This document shows positions 1 to 12,177 of a stretch of 64,000 nt of DNA, one piece after another (positions within the stretch are counted from its first letter, which is position 1; each line of letters begins with the position of its first letter). The DNA lies in NCBI GenBank assembly GCA_951406725.2, contig OX597818.1:64728001-64792000 (forward strand), given 5' to 3'. The translations under genes were made by a program, and so were the position numbers. This stretch comes from Octopus vulgaris (taxonomy: Eukaryota). Below the pieces are notes generated by a model. It did no database searches and was not told where the DNA came from. It was given only the letters and a program-made list of their open reading frames with translations.

Positions 1-305
1 GCGAAAAAGAAAAATGATGAATTCATTAAGATGGTGGCGTTGATGGTAGGTGTGGTGTTAGCGGTGGTCGCAGCAATGGCTGAAGTGTTGGCGTTGTCGG
101 TCGGGATGATGATAATGGCGAAGTTGGAGATGATGACGTTGACGATGGAGATGTGCATATACGGTGGTGGTGGTGGTGGTGGTAAGGTTGTTTATGTATG
201 TGTATCTATTTGTCCTATTTCGTTGGCTGTAATTGTTTATATATATGTATATATATATATGTATGTGTGTGTTTGTGTGTGCGCGCGTATAAGTGTTTGT
301 ATATG

Positions 306-343
<38 letters not shown>

Positions 344-407
344 TATACGTATATGCATATGTAAATCTATGTATATAAATATATATAGAAATATAGAAAT
401 ATATATA

Positions 408-479
<72 letters not shown>

Positions 480-512
480 TTATTTATTCATATATATGTA
501 TATATATATATA

Positions 513-630
513 TCATCATCGTCACCATCATCATCGTTTAACGTCTTCTTTCCAGCTTGCATGGATTGGACGGTTTCACTGAGGACTAGCGAGCCAGATG
601 GATGGACCAGAATCCAATTTGATCTAGCAA
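513..630 (-). mobile_element. Short 3'-end fragment of an RTE-related interspersed repeat with (GAT)n tail
   Basis: (CAT)n run followed by CGTTTAACGTC..TTCCA GCTTGCATGGATTGGACGG, the reverse complement of an RTE-type 3' end with a (GAT)n tail; recognised from memory, not aligned. Confidence 0.45.
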
Positions 631-631
631 T

Positions 632-1132
632 CATTCCTGGTGCAGAATTGCTTTGAGAGAGTCGAGCAAAGCGTAAGGTGTGCTCGAGACCTCGTCTCCA
701 AGGTAGATCAAACAGAAAAAAATCGAATGTGTTTAAGTCGGGGCTACTTGAGGGCCTTACCGCCTTGCTTATGAACGACTGAATCTAGTGATGTGTTTGT
801 TTGGAGTTATGGGATGGTGCCAAATCCCGTAGGAGGCTCAAAGGAGCGCCTTCAATGTTCCCATTCACCAATGGATGCAGTTAAACTTCCGGAATGTCAC
901 TGGGTGTTAACTGTAATACACAAGGGCACAAAAATGAGGGCACAAGGGCACAACCTTCAACTGGTTGTCACAGTCGACGAAACCATAACTGACAGCGGAT
1001 TTTTGACGTCAATTTACGAGTCTACACTTGAAGGAGCCAGATACAGTCCAAAATCGTTTATTCTATGTTTACTGTTTGTCCGATGTCAAATTTACAATCA
1101 TTACCAAACACCAGTTTCGGCTGCTTGCCTGG
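632..1132 (-). pseudogene. Decayed Tc1/mariner (maT/DD37D-like) transposase catalytic domain
   Basis: Manual minus-strand translation across frameshifts and stops gives KQPKLVFGNDCKFDIGQ (VFSDEKKF motif), RQNPLSVMVSSTVT, LIFVPLCITVNTQ, RDLAPSHNSKQT (QDSAPSH motif), SFISKAVRPSSSP-DLNTFDF (SPDLNP.D motif) and [25 protein letters not shown], in the expected order. Confidence 0.85.
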
Positions 1133-1240
1133 AAGTGGCCAAATAAGAAATATGCAGACAGCTCAGCTTCGCAAAATTACCAGAGAAAAGATACGGCGAA
1201 CTCGTCGTTTTGGCTGAAAACCATCTGCTACAGTGTACGC

Positions 1241-1353
<113 letters not shown>

Positions 1354-2529
1354 TATTCTCTATAGTGGAGCGCAGATACTATTTTAACGATCGTTCTCTC
1401 ATGGGTAAAGAATCATTCTACATTCATTTCAGGAGATGGCGATTTTTCATTTTATTTTGGCTCAATTTCTCCCAAAAATTTCGCTGGCCTATTTGACTGT
1501 CCAGTTGTTTATATCTTGCGTGTACTAAATTAATCTTTGCAGTGATTGCAAATCGAAGAGTGACAAATATTTGTAAGTTTTACTGTTTCCATTGTTGTGT
1601 GTTGTGTTCGATTCTTTCATGCATACCAAAGGGGAAAAAAAGAAGACCATATTTTCATATTTATAGCATTATTGCGCAGAGTTTAATTTTTGATTGTACA
1701 GTGTTAGTATTTCTTAATTCTGATGAAGTTACTGTTATCACTTGCTACATTTTTTCATTTTGTTTTTACGTTGTAAAGTATAGGGTTTCTTCTTAAATGA
1801 GTTTGCTCTTATCACGTATTCAAGCTACGTTTTTAGTATTGATATTCAAAACCTGTAGAACAAGTTTAAGATGATAGTTCGTTTTTTTTTTCTTCTTTTT
1901 CAGCATTTATATCTGATTATTACCTTGGCACTGGAATAACTCTCACAGTTTGTCGTCAGTTTCGTATATACTTCTATCACGAGGAGTCTCGGGAGACTGA
2001 TAATTTAATTCCAGATCAACTTCTTCTCCTCTCTCGATCGTACATTCTCTTTTAGGTGTGAGTTTTTGCTGAAATTGAGGCGTGTAACATTATCTGGAAT
2101 AATGTGTTCCGTGAGAGGTTAAGAAATTTATCTCTTTGTGCATGCAGTAAATGTTTTAACGCTAAATACTCTAATCGTGTTTCTGCATGATGTTATTTCG
2201 TAGTGAAGGTGAAAGCTAAAACAGTAGATTACGCCCAACTGGGAACATATTTTTAAGTAAGGATTTCATCTTTCCTACATTATAAAACTGGAGACACAGA
2301 TATGTTTGCGTCTGCAAGCACTACATTGAAGATTTATCTTATATACATATTAATCCTGTTATGTTTCCCAACAGCAAAACACACACGAAATATCAGCAGA
2401 AGGAGAGAGTCCCTAAAAAATGTTCAATGTTCTCTACCTGGACGTAATTGTTAATTACTTTTAAATCTCGCCCCACGATTTAATAACTGTAAACACCCAT
2501 TAAAAACGGCAAGAAAATGATTTTATGTG

Positions 2530-2828
2530 GAAGTACATTGCCTAGTGGTTAGAGCAGCGGAATCGCAGTCGAGGGATCGCGGGTTCGAATCTCAGACCGG
2601 GCGATGCGTGTGTTTATGAGCAAAACACCTAAGCTCCACGTGGCCCCGGCAGAAGGTAATGGCGAACTTCTGCTGAATCTTTCGCCACAACTTTCTCTCA
2701 TTCTGACATCCTGCATCTTGCAGCTCACCTGCGACGGACCAGTGCCCCGTCCAAGTGAGGAATCTATACGCCAAGGAAACTGGGAAACCGGCCCTTATGT
2801 GCAAGGCGTGGCTTAAGAAGAAATAAAC
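2530..2828 (+). mobile_element. tRNA-derived SINE, family C (tail type 1)
   Basis: A-box-like CCTAGTGGTTAG, B-box GGTTCGAATCTC, shared body (TGTGTTTATGAGCAAAACACCTAAGCTCCACG...CAACTTTCTCTCA); homologous heads at 18655, 19762, 31390(-), 58655(-). Confidence 0.85.
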
Positions 2829-2959
2829 ATTAAGATTCTATGCAAATTAAGACACAGATGCTTTACACAAAGTAATGGATTAAGGAATGGTGTTGTTCCA
2901 GACAATATACAAAAGAGACGTAAATAGAAAAAACTGTCATTTAGGTAACAACATCAGCC

Positions 2960-3107
2960 TCTGAATTCAAATTCTGCAGGGGTGGACTCTGATTTTCAAC
3001 CTATCGGGGGTTGATGAATTAAGTACCGGTTGTGTACTGGAGTCGCTGTAATCGACTGGTACCCTCCCCAATAATTTCGAGCCCTGTATCTAGAGTAGAA
3101 AAGAATA
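2960..3107 (+). mobile_element. SINE family A (Nin/Deu-like central domain), 5'-truncated
   Basis: Diverged match to TTCAAATTCCGCCGAGGTCGACTTTGCCTTTCATCCTTTCGGGGTCGATAAATTAAGTACCAG seen intact at 11839-12069. Confidence 0.75.
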
Positions 3108-3277
3108 TCAGACCCCAACTCTCACATATTTAGGGAGTAAATTTTCTTTATTTTTCTATACTCTTCTCTACATATGTAAGAACGAATGAAAACATTTACA
3201 CTAGCAACGACCAAATCGCCCGAAATGTGCCGGTCGAGAATACTTAATATTGACGCGTGGGGCGTGGCTGTGTGGAT

Positions 3278-3449
3278 AGGCGCAAGCGTGACTGTGAGGT
3301 AAGAAGCTTGCTTCCCAACTACGTTGTTCTAGTTTCAGTCCCACTGCGGGAAATCTTGGGTAGGTGTCTTCTATAATAGCACCGAGTCGACCAAAAACTT
3401 GTGAGTGGATTTGGTAGACAGAAGCTGGAAGAAGCCCGTCGTATATATG

Positions 3450-3450
<1 letters not shown>
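3278..3450 (+). mobile_element. SINE family B (CORE-like), 5' half
   Basis: Matches the first ~170 bp of the intact copy at 55931-56340; ends in the internal (TA)n tract; the 3' half reappears at 5035-5232. Confidence 0.85.
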
Positions 3451-3484
<34 letters not shown>

Positions 3485-3859
3485 TGAAGATTGACTATAA
3501 CCATAACTCGAATTATTAATTGAATTTAAATTATTGTTATTCGAATTGGTACAGCCATGAAACGATCGTAGTGTTTTACTCTTTATCTTTTATTAAACTT
3601 TTAATACTTTTGATATTTATATAAAAAAAGGTTAATAAATAAATAAATTAATTAATAAACAAAATAATATATAAATATAAAAATATACATACATATATAT
3701 ATATATATATATATTTGTATATATATATATATTTAAAATTTATAAGTTTAAATTATTTAAATAATTTTTTAATTTTTAACTTTTATATTTTTTAATTAAT
3801 TTTATGTATTGGCTTTTTTTTTCAATGTTTAATTTGCCTAATAGTGGTTTTACCTCTAA

Positions 3860-3887
<28 letters not shown>

Positions 3888-3893
<6 letters not shown>

Positions 3894-4929
3894 GATATTA
3901 CTGACATCGACATAAATGATATTACTGACATCATCAAACACAGCAACATCAGAACCTTCGCTGATGATTCCAAGCTCCAGAAGGTCATCAATGGCGTGGA
4001 TGACCGAATAAACCTTCAGTCAGACCTACTAGCTGTTGTCCAATGGGCGGAAAAGAATAACATGTTGCTAAATGAAGATAAATTCGAACTGATCCACTTT
4101 GGAAGGGAGGACGCTCTGAAACTCCCATACTCTCTTCCTTCTGGAGAAATTCTCATGGCATCCAACAACATCAGAGACCTGGGAGTAACAGTGGACAACA
4201 ACATAAGCTGGGCTACACATATAAGCAGCAAAGTTGACATGGCCCGCAGAATGTGTTCCTGGATTCTCAGAACCTTCCAGTCGAGAGATTCCCACGCTAT
4301 TATCCTTCTCTTCTCCACTTTTGCCCGACCCCACCTTGAATACTGCTGTCCACTGTGGTCTCCCTACACAAAACAAAATATTATGAGAATTGAAGCTCCC
4401 CAAAGGTCAATCACAAAAAAGATAGATGGCATGTCAGACCTTGACTACTGGGGTAGACTAGAGAAGCTGAAATTGTATTCACTCCAACGACGCCGTGAAC
4501 GCTACATTATCTGTATGATGTGGAAAATATTCCATCAGCACTGTCCGAATGATGTTGGCATCACCTTCAAAATGCATCCAAGGCTTGGACCACGTGCCAT
4601 CCGTCCACAACAAAAATCTAAATCGCATCACATAACGACAATACGGCACAACTATTTCACCTCAATTGGACCCGCTCTCTTCAACATTACACCAGGACAC
4701 GTCAAAAAAGAAACTGACCACACAAAATTCAAGAAGTCTTTGGACAAATTCCTTCAAACAGTACCGGACAAACCATCCACACCCGGATATGTCTCCGCAA
4801 ACAATAACTCTCTGCTCGAATGGGCCTTGGTGCCCAAATCCTGAACTGAAAGACTTCGCCAGGTGGTGCTATTAAGTTAGACATGGCCTGGGCCAATACT
4901 GGCCAAAAACCTTTCTAAGTTATTCTAAG

Positions 4930-4931
<2 letters not shown>
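3888..4931 (+). mobile_element. 5'-truncated CR1-group LINE (RT C-terminal half, 3' UTR, short tandem tail) inserted in (TA)n
   Basis: Uninterrupted frame to the stop at 4844 with FADDSKL (RT catalytic motif), RDLGVTVD, RPHLEYCCPLWSP, LYSLQRRRERY; tail TTCTAAGTTA repeated; TA arrays on both sides. Confidence 0.93.
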
Positions 4932-4991
<60 letters not shown>

Positions 4992-5034
4992 TATATATAT
5001 ATGCAGGTATATGCATGTATATGTATGTATATAT

Positions 5035-5232
5035 TTGTGTGTGTCTGTGTTTCTGCACCCCGCCCGCCATCGTTTGTCAACCGATGTTGATATGTTTATC
5101 TACTCGCAACTTAGTGGTTCAGTAAAAGAAACAGATACAAAAACCCTAGTTTTATGAGGAATAAGTCCTGGGGGCGATTTCTTCGACTAACACCCTTTAA
5201 GGTGGGGCTCCAGTATAACGCAGTCAAATGAC
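5035..5232 (+). mobile_element. SINE family B, 3' half
   Basis: Diverged match to 56130-56310 (CATCG.TTG.CAACCGATG...AACTTAG.GGTTC...ATAAGTCCTGGGG.CGATTT..TCGACTAA...CAGTCAAATGAC). Confidence 0.8.
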
Positions 5233-5576
5233 GTTCATTACGAAGATGGCAGCTTACGTACAAGCATTACACATGCGTGTACACACATTTACACACACAC
5301 ATATTGTTGCCGGCCACTGATCTGATGTCGCTCATGTTCCTTCAAAGACCGTCGAGATAGGTAAACGCCAATAGCATTCTTTATACCAACGCTGTCCAAG
5401 AAATTTTACTCTTTCATTGAGGTCCGGTGATCTGACTATATTCGCTGTAGAGAGCCCGTGTCCCTTGTCAGTCATAAAGATAGCTATTGAGTTGCTTTGA
5501 CTTTTATTTCAAAGAATCTGTTACTACTTAGACTGGTGTGTCTCTCTATACCTCTCTCTCTCTCTCTCTCTCTCGC

Positions 5577-5607
<31 letters not shown>

Positions 5608-5921
5608 TAAATGCGAAACTGAATTCCTGTGTGTCAGTGAGTCACACTTTGACCCCCTCTCTCACTATTCCTTATGATGGGGTGAGATTAATAGTAGTGA
5701 TAGAGAGGGTGAGCGAGGTAGTAGATTGACGGTTGTAAAGGTAATGGGTGAAAGTAATTGTATATGAAAGGCAGTGGTGATGGTGGCGGAGAGGAAGGTG
5801 GCGAAATCAAAGGTATTGATGGTTCTGGCGTCAGATGTCTGAATGGTATGTATATGGTAGTTGTGGTGGCGATGGTGGTGGTACTGGTGATGGTGATTTT
5901 TGGCAACAATCAACAGAAAGG

Positions 5922-5961
<40 letters not shown>

Positions 5962-6872
5962 AAGAAAGAGGTAAGACAGAAAAGAATTGTTCTGCTCTCC
6001 GAATGGGAAGACAACAAATTTTGTTTATCATGCAGCTTTAAAATAAGTTCCAAGTCGTCAAAATATACCATTGCTTCTATGAAAATTGTTTATTACTTGA
6101 AAAATATTATTCAAGTTTTAATAAAACTTAATACGTACATCAAATATGATTGTTGGGCCCAAGCACCAATGGAGAGAGCCCTCCACAAAAGCTAGCTTTT
6201 AAGCTATTACATATATGAAGGAAAAGGCTTTATCAGAATATAAATTTTCCAAATTTCGTTTTAGCATTTTGCATGAAAGCAATTTTCTCACGAGCAGGAA
6301 TTTTAAAATAAAAGAATGCACAACTGCTTCGAGAATTTGGCAATTCTTAAAAGACAAGAGGACATAATTGGTATAAAACTGCAATATAAGTTCTTTACGA
6401 GCTTTCGGTATCTTGACATAAGCTTATAATTTCGACACATTTCGGAAGAACAGATACAACTTTAGCAATCTATTTGATGACTAGTTAATGCCTTAACATA
6501 ACAAATGGGATTGTTCTGTTACAAATACACTACATCTACCTATTAATTCAATTTTGGGAGTCTCAGCAAGGACTTTGAATATTGTTCATGTCGATATTGG
6601 ATTTAGGTATTGAATGAGCACTGTCGAATTTTCCAGATTGGAACAGTGATATTGAAGTTATCTTACAATCCATGTACAAACGAAAAAATGTTATTTAGAA
6701 TGTAAAGAATTTCGAAATATTGAGAGAACTCGATACGATTCGTCGCTTACAGAAGAATTCAAAGATGATAAACTTATGAATTTTAGGTACAAAGCAAATT
6801 GGCATAGAAAACAGTCGATGTAAAAGAACTCAAGCGGGGTTCAAAATTCACTGCAGTGTGTGAGTACATAAA

Positions 6873-6945
6873 CAGGGGTTGGACACAATAATGGAAACAC
6901 GTTAAAATTTTAAACAATTATATTTTAATATATTTTAAACAAATA
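6873..6945 (+). mobile_element. Tc1-like terminal inverted repeat fragment
   Basis: CAGGGGTTGGACACAATAATGGAAACAC resembles a Tc1-type TIR; partner end not seen. Confidence 0.5.
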
Positions 6946-7054
6946 CATTTTAAATAAAGTACCAGTTACGCACTGGCGTCGATGTGATCAACTTAATCAC
7001 TTTGTGTGTCCCATCTATGTTTATCCCCTTGTGGGCAATAAAGAAATAAGAAAT

Positions 7055-7199
7055 AGAACTGTACATTTTTATAAAATTCTTTTCATAATTTGTCTATATT
7101 TATTTTATTATAAAGGCAAAACCAACGCCACAGAAAAATCGATGTAAGCACAAATAATAAGCCGCGATCGGTGAACCGTGACATAGCGATGGATTATTG
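7055..7199 (+). mobile_element. Partial Tigger/pogo-like MITE (3' part)
   Basis: Homologous to 10677-10842, including the CCGCGAT.GGTGAACCG.GA.AT.GCGA.GGATTA.TG end followed by TA. Confidence 0.7.
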
Positions 7200-7237
7200 T
7201 ATATATATTATTTAATAAACTCAATGTATGTTTTTAG

Positions 7238-7326
7238 GTGCTACGCGTAGTTTCATGCGGTGAGAGCATGCCAATGCCAGATAGTATTTGTAACACGTCT
7301 GGTGTTTCAGGACAATCTTCAGGCAC
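7238..7326 (-). ncRNA. Type-I hammerhead-like ribozyme motif with extended helix II
   Basis: GTGC-CTGAAGA-[long helix II]-GAAA-CTACGCG-TA-GCAC; helix I GUGC/GCAC, GUA cleavage triplet. Confidence 0.6.
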
Positions 7327-7474
7327 TGTCCACATGACACAAGAAACTAAGTATGTGACGAGTTGATGAGAGAAAAATCAAGAAAAGGCGAGGAAGAACT
7401 AAATAAATAAGTGAGGAGTCTGCAAAACTGACAAAAAAAAAAGGAAACAAAAAGAAACAAATGGTATCTTTCGT

Positions 7475-7586
7475 TTCAGCATTCCACTTTTTATATCTAT
7501 TTCTTTTTCGCTTTTTCTCTCAACCTAGCGTTCAGCATTCCACTTTTTATATCTATTTCTTTTTCGCTTTTTCTCTCAACCTAGCG
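7475..7586. repeat. 56-bp perfect tandem duplication
   Basis: TTCAGCATTCC...CAACCTAGCG at 7475-7530 and 7531-7586. Confidence 0.95.
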
Positions 7587-7979
7587 TTCAAGTTTTAGTT
7601 TCCTATGACATGGGGGAAGTACATGAAGATTGTGCTGAGTCGCCAGATGTGTAAACATTGTCTGGCATGGTCTCATCATATGAGACTAATAGTAATACAT
7701 AAAAAACATATAGTGTGTTTATTTAGATAATATTTATCTCACACCAGAGAGAGTACTTTTTCTGGGGACTACACAAGAGAACTGAATACAATATATATAT
7801 GTGTGTGTGTGTGTATGTGCGTGTGTGTGTGTATATATAAGTATATATATATAGATATATATATATACATATATATACATATATACATACATACATACAC
7901 ACACACATATATATTATATCATGTTATATTATACTATACGTTTGTGTGTGTGTATACATGCATGATCTAATTGCTCAAA

Positions 7980-8185
7980 TTCTTGGTAAAACGATAGCAA
8001 TTTTCGGGAAGGTGTTAAATCGATTTCATCCACCCCAGCGCTCAGCCGGTACCTATTCCGTCAGCCACGGCGCAATGAAATGCAAAGTTCACCTGGGTAG
8101 AATTTGAACACAGAGTGTAAAGACATACGTAATGCCGCTAAGCTTTTTGCATGACGTGCAAGCTATTCTACCAGCTCACCATCTT
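7980..8185 (-). mobile_element. SINE family A, diverged
   Basis: Reverse complement of the family A head and core (GAATTTGAAC, CCAGCTCACC). Confidence 0.7.
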
Positions 8186-9050
8186 ACATAATAATGCATT
8201 AATATATTGATCGATAATCCAATAACACTGCCTTTCTGTGTGTGTATGTGTGTGTATGTGTGCGTGTGTGTATGTGAATATGAACACATAATGTTATTAT
8301 GCATCTTATATTAAATTTCCAATAACTGCCACTGACCCCCACGAAATATTAAGCACCGTTTCCTATTTATAGTCTGAAGCATTTGATTTATCCAGTGCCA
8401 TCCTATATATATTACGTGTTCTTCTGTAGCCCCATGAGAGTCCAAGTATAATATATATTACATAATCCTTTATATAAATGTATACATAGGATACTCAAGT
8501 AGATATTGCACATAAAACAAATATGTTTTGTTGTTGCCCTTAATGTATCTTATCTCTCATAAATCTATAAAGCCATTTTAAATTTAGGAATCGTTAGAAA
8601 ATTATAGCATCAGTTACGCAATAGATTCACCATTTGTAAAATAGAATTCTCATGATTTATAGAAAATTGCTAAGGATATAAGTAATATAAATATTAAGCA
8701 TCTACAAGAAAGCTGGACTTACCGATTTTGGTACGAGATAAAATACAACCAGTTCTGTATAGAAGTTAAGATATTATATATCTCTACGTGGATATCCAAT
8801 TTTGTGTACGGCAAGATATTAATTACGATAATTTACATGTTGGAAATAATTATCATAATTTCGTTGTTGATGTTTAGATAATGTCGATGGTTGAGTGAGT
8901 GCATTTGTTGGTTTGAGGAATGATACTACTAGCGGGATAATCGCATGCTCATGATATTATTTAGGGCCGACAATAAGAATATAGAATCTTAAACATCGTT
9001 TGAAATTGTTCCCTGCTGCGTAGAAAGAGACGATAATGCTGGTAATGAGT

Positions 9051-9087
<37 letters not shown>

Positions 9088-9355
9088 AATGACGACGACG
9101 ATGACGTCGATATTGATGACGATAATGAAGTAAACGAAGCATGTACCTATGTGTCGGATTCCTTAGAACAGAATGAGTCACCAGGGCGTATCTTTATGGA
9201 CGCCGAGATGATATGGACAGCTGACTGGACATTTAGCTTAATCTGGCGACAGTAAATTTTGCCATTGGAGACACACACACACACATATGCACACACGCAA
9301 CACACGCGCGTAAAGTAATTCACACGTGTAGATGGAAAGATCGAGAAACAGTGGC

Positions 9356-9399
<44 letters not shown>

Positions 9400-9424
9400 G
9401 AGAGTGAGAGACATAATTTAACTC

Positions 9425-9833
9425 TCTCTCTCTTTTACTCTCTTACTTGTTTCAGTTATTTGACTGCGGCCATGCTGGAACACCGCCTTTTAGTCGAGCA
9501 AATCGACCCCGGGACTTATTCTTTGTAAGCCCAGTTTTTATTCTATCGGTCTCTTTTGCCGAACCGCTAAGTGACGGGGACGTAAACACACCAGCATCGG
9601 CTGTCAAGCAATGCCAGAGGGACAAACACAGACACATAAACATATACATACACATACATACATATATGCGACAGGCTTCTTTCAGTTTCCGTCTACCAAA
9701 TCCACTCACAAGGCATTGGTCGGCCCGAGGCTATAGCAGAAAACTCTTGCCCAAGATGCCACGCAGTGGGACTGAACCCAGAACCATGTGGTTGGTAGGC
9801 AAGCTACTTACCACACAGCCACTCCTGCGCCTA
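9425..9833 (-). mobile_element. SINE family B, full length
   Basis: High similarity to the reverse complement of 55931-56340; tRNA-like head, CCTTGGGCAAG CORE-like motif, internal microsatellite, AAAAGAGT-type tail. Confidence 0.92.
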
Positions 9834-10599
9834 TAAAAGGAAAGTTGACCAAGGCGGAATTTGAACGTAACAATGGGAGACATCCCGCTAAGTGTTTCAG
9901 CCAGCGTGCTAACGAGTCTGCCAGCTCGCTGCCACTGAAGACGATTCACATATACATTATCATATTCACACTGAGCAATATGGTTACTGGAGTGTAGAGA
10001 GAGAAAGAGGAGGAGAAAGAGAATAAGACTGAGAAAATGAGAAAGAGAAAATAAGAGAGAGAGAGAGAGAGAGACGAGAGAAGCATTAAAACAAGAGATT
10101 GTTCTCCTGCCAAATAAATCAGCGTTGAATTAGTAATGGCAAAAAATTACAAAGCAAACAAGTCTGAGCCCAAGACGATTCATACCTCCGTTGTACTGAA
10201 CGTCTCGCTGAGCAAAATCACTTGCTAAGCAGAGTCTTCTGCTGAGGAGAATATGACACGTTACTTATCCCGATTTCCCCCGCATCCAGGTTAAATTTGC
10301 ATTACTTCATCTAGGCGTCCAGACAATGAACCAATCTCTGAATTCTAAGAACAACAGACTCAATGATTTAGCAACACTATTCTTACACTTTCAAGTCTGG
10401 GATGGAATGCAGTTGTGATCTATTTGGATTTCAGACATTCTGAATTGCTCTGTAAAGCATTCTCATCTTCAGTAAATTTAGCAAAGTACGCTCCATACCA
10501 ATTTTGTAAAGGTGGGCATATCTCTGTTTCACCACCTGAGACAGAACAGATTCAACCTGAACGCTGAAGTTAATACCCCAATAGTTAGTGTCTATATTA

Positions 10600-10842
10600 C
10601 AGTACCCCCTAGACTTTCGCAAGTGTTACGTTCCAAAATTCCCCGCGATAAGTGAAAATCCGCGAAGTAGAAAGAGTACTGTACTGTATATTTCATTTTA
10701 TTATTGTTATAATTGTGTATATATTTATTTTATTTATTTATAGATGCAAAACTACACAACGGAGGAATCGACTTAAGCTTACATAGTAAATCGCGATAGA
10801 TGAACCGCGATAGGTGAACCGCGATATGGCGAGGAATTACTG
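10600..10842. mobile_element. Tigger/pogo-like MITE
   Basis: TA|CAGTACCCCCTAGAC...GCGAGGAATTACTG|TA: imperfect CAGTA TIRs, TA target duplication, subterminal CCGCGATA repeats. Confidence 0.75.
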
Positions 10843-11649
10843 TAGTTAGGACCAAAAATTTATCGGTAAATTATTAAAGCTTTTCAGAAAACGGGAAATT
10901 AAAAATAAACTAAATTTATGAGAAGACCATACATTTGATAGAATAATTCTATGTCATTGTAATATTCATATAACGTAATAGTTAATTATAATATTCACAT
11001 AATATAGTTAATTATAATATTCACATAAACCTATAATTAATTCTATATCTTCATTAGTGGTTCCACAGGGAATGTGTGGAATATTAATTAAGCGATCGAA
11101 CGCTTTCATTTTCTGATAAAGATATATCATAAATTGCCGTGTGATTGAAATGATCTCACACGTTTCAAAACAGTTTATAAATACAGGCACGAGTAGTAAG
11201 ACAAGACGCTAGTTTGCAAACACGTCGATTTGAGTTCATTCTGCGGCAAGGACTTCCAAGGCCGAAATTTGTATGAATATGTGTGTGATTGGAAGAGCTT
11301 ATAACAGTGCGCGTGATTGAGTGAGTACGTTTTTGCGCTTGTGTATAGACGTGTATATCACATCCAATACCTGTTCACTATGTTTCGGAGGTGACGCATC
11401 TCGTTACATATTATCGGCCCTTCTTCATGAAAAGCGAAATGCGTCTCCAGTTACCGTGTGTTGCGCTGGGATGAGATTTGTCTCACCTCGATAAATATTT
11501 GGTTAAAAAATGTATATCAAGATATTTTTCGGTCATACACAATCAACAGCTTGATGCCTTTCAACAGTGATTATACTTTAGCTATGATTCATAGAAATCA
11601 TTTACAATCAGTAAAGCATATACACACGCACACACATTCAGACAAAATA

Positions 11650-12177
11650 TTTATGAGCCATTTTAAAACACACAAAATCCGTTTGATTCACTTGAACATT
11701 TAAATTTAATTTGGCAAAATATTTCCGTGCTGCACGGAATTTTGTCAGTAATCAGGTCGCGGTTTCAAAACGACGCGAATAATTAGGCAAATTGAATTTA
11801 AATGTTGATGTGAATCTAACGGTTTTGTGTGATTTTAAGGCGGCGAGCTGGCAGAAACGTTGGCACGCCGGGAGAAATGCGTAGCCTTATATCGTCTGTC
11901 GTTACTTTCTGAGTTCAAATTCCGCCGAGGTCGACTTTGCCTTTCATCCTTTCGGGGTCGATAAATTAAGTACCAGTTACGCACTGGAGTCGTTGTAATA
12001 GACTTAATCCGTTTGTCTGTCCTTGTTTGTCCTCTCTGTGTTTAGCCCCTTGTGGGTAGTAAAGAAATAGGTTTTGTGTGATTTTAATTGGCTTATAAAC
12101 AACTTCCACGCTGCAATTGCTTTTGTTTCAGCACACGATCTCAGATCAGGTCACTTGCTATGCAAGTACATCTCTAT
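11650..12177 (+). mobile_element. Short non-coding element with 5' inversion and degenerate HHR motif, split by a SINE
   Basis: 11650-11725 is inverted relative to 11785-12097; body homologous to 36423-36612. Confidence 0.7.
11839..12069 (+). mobile_element. SINE family A, full length, with 18-bp target-site duplication
   Basis: GGCGGCGAGCTGGCAG head, GAGTTCAAATTCC B-box, Nin-like core; TSD GGTTTTGTGTGATTTTAA at 11821-11838 and 12070-12087. Confidence 0.93.

Larger units (their letters stand above)
7208..7790. mobile_element. Head-to-head inverted non-coding element carrying hammerhead-like motifs (probable PLE derivative)
   Basis: 7208-7400 is the diverged inverse of 7560-7725; HHR-like motifs at 7238-7326(-) and 7619-7698(+); internal 56-bp tandem duplication. 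Confidence 0.65.

Noticed and set aside
31-656. ORFs rich in YI/CV/HT dipeptides here and throughout the window
   Set aside because: Translations of (TA)n, (GT)n and (CA)n microsatellites, not genes
3804-3887. N-terminus of the 346-aa ORF
   Set aside because: Fortuitous read-through from AT-rich/TA sequence into a truncated LINE; not a real start
5603-5760. Helitron-like 5' end (TATAATAAATGCGAAA..TGTGTGTCAGTGAGTCAC) with a hairpin
   Set aside because: No TC start or CTRR 3' terminus found
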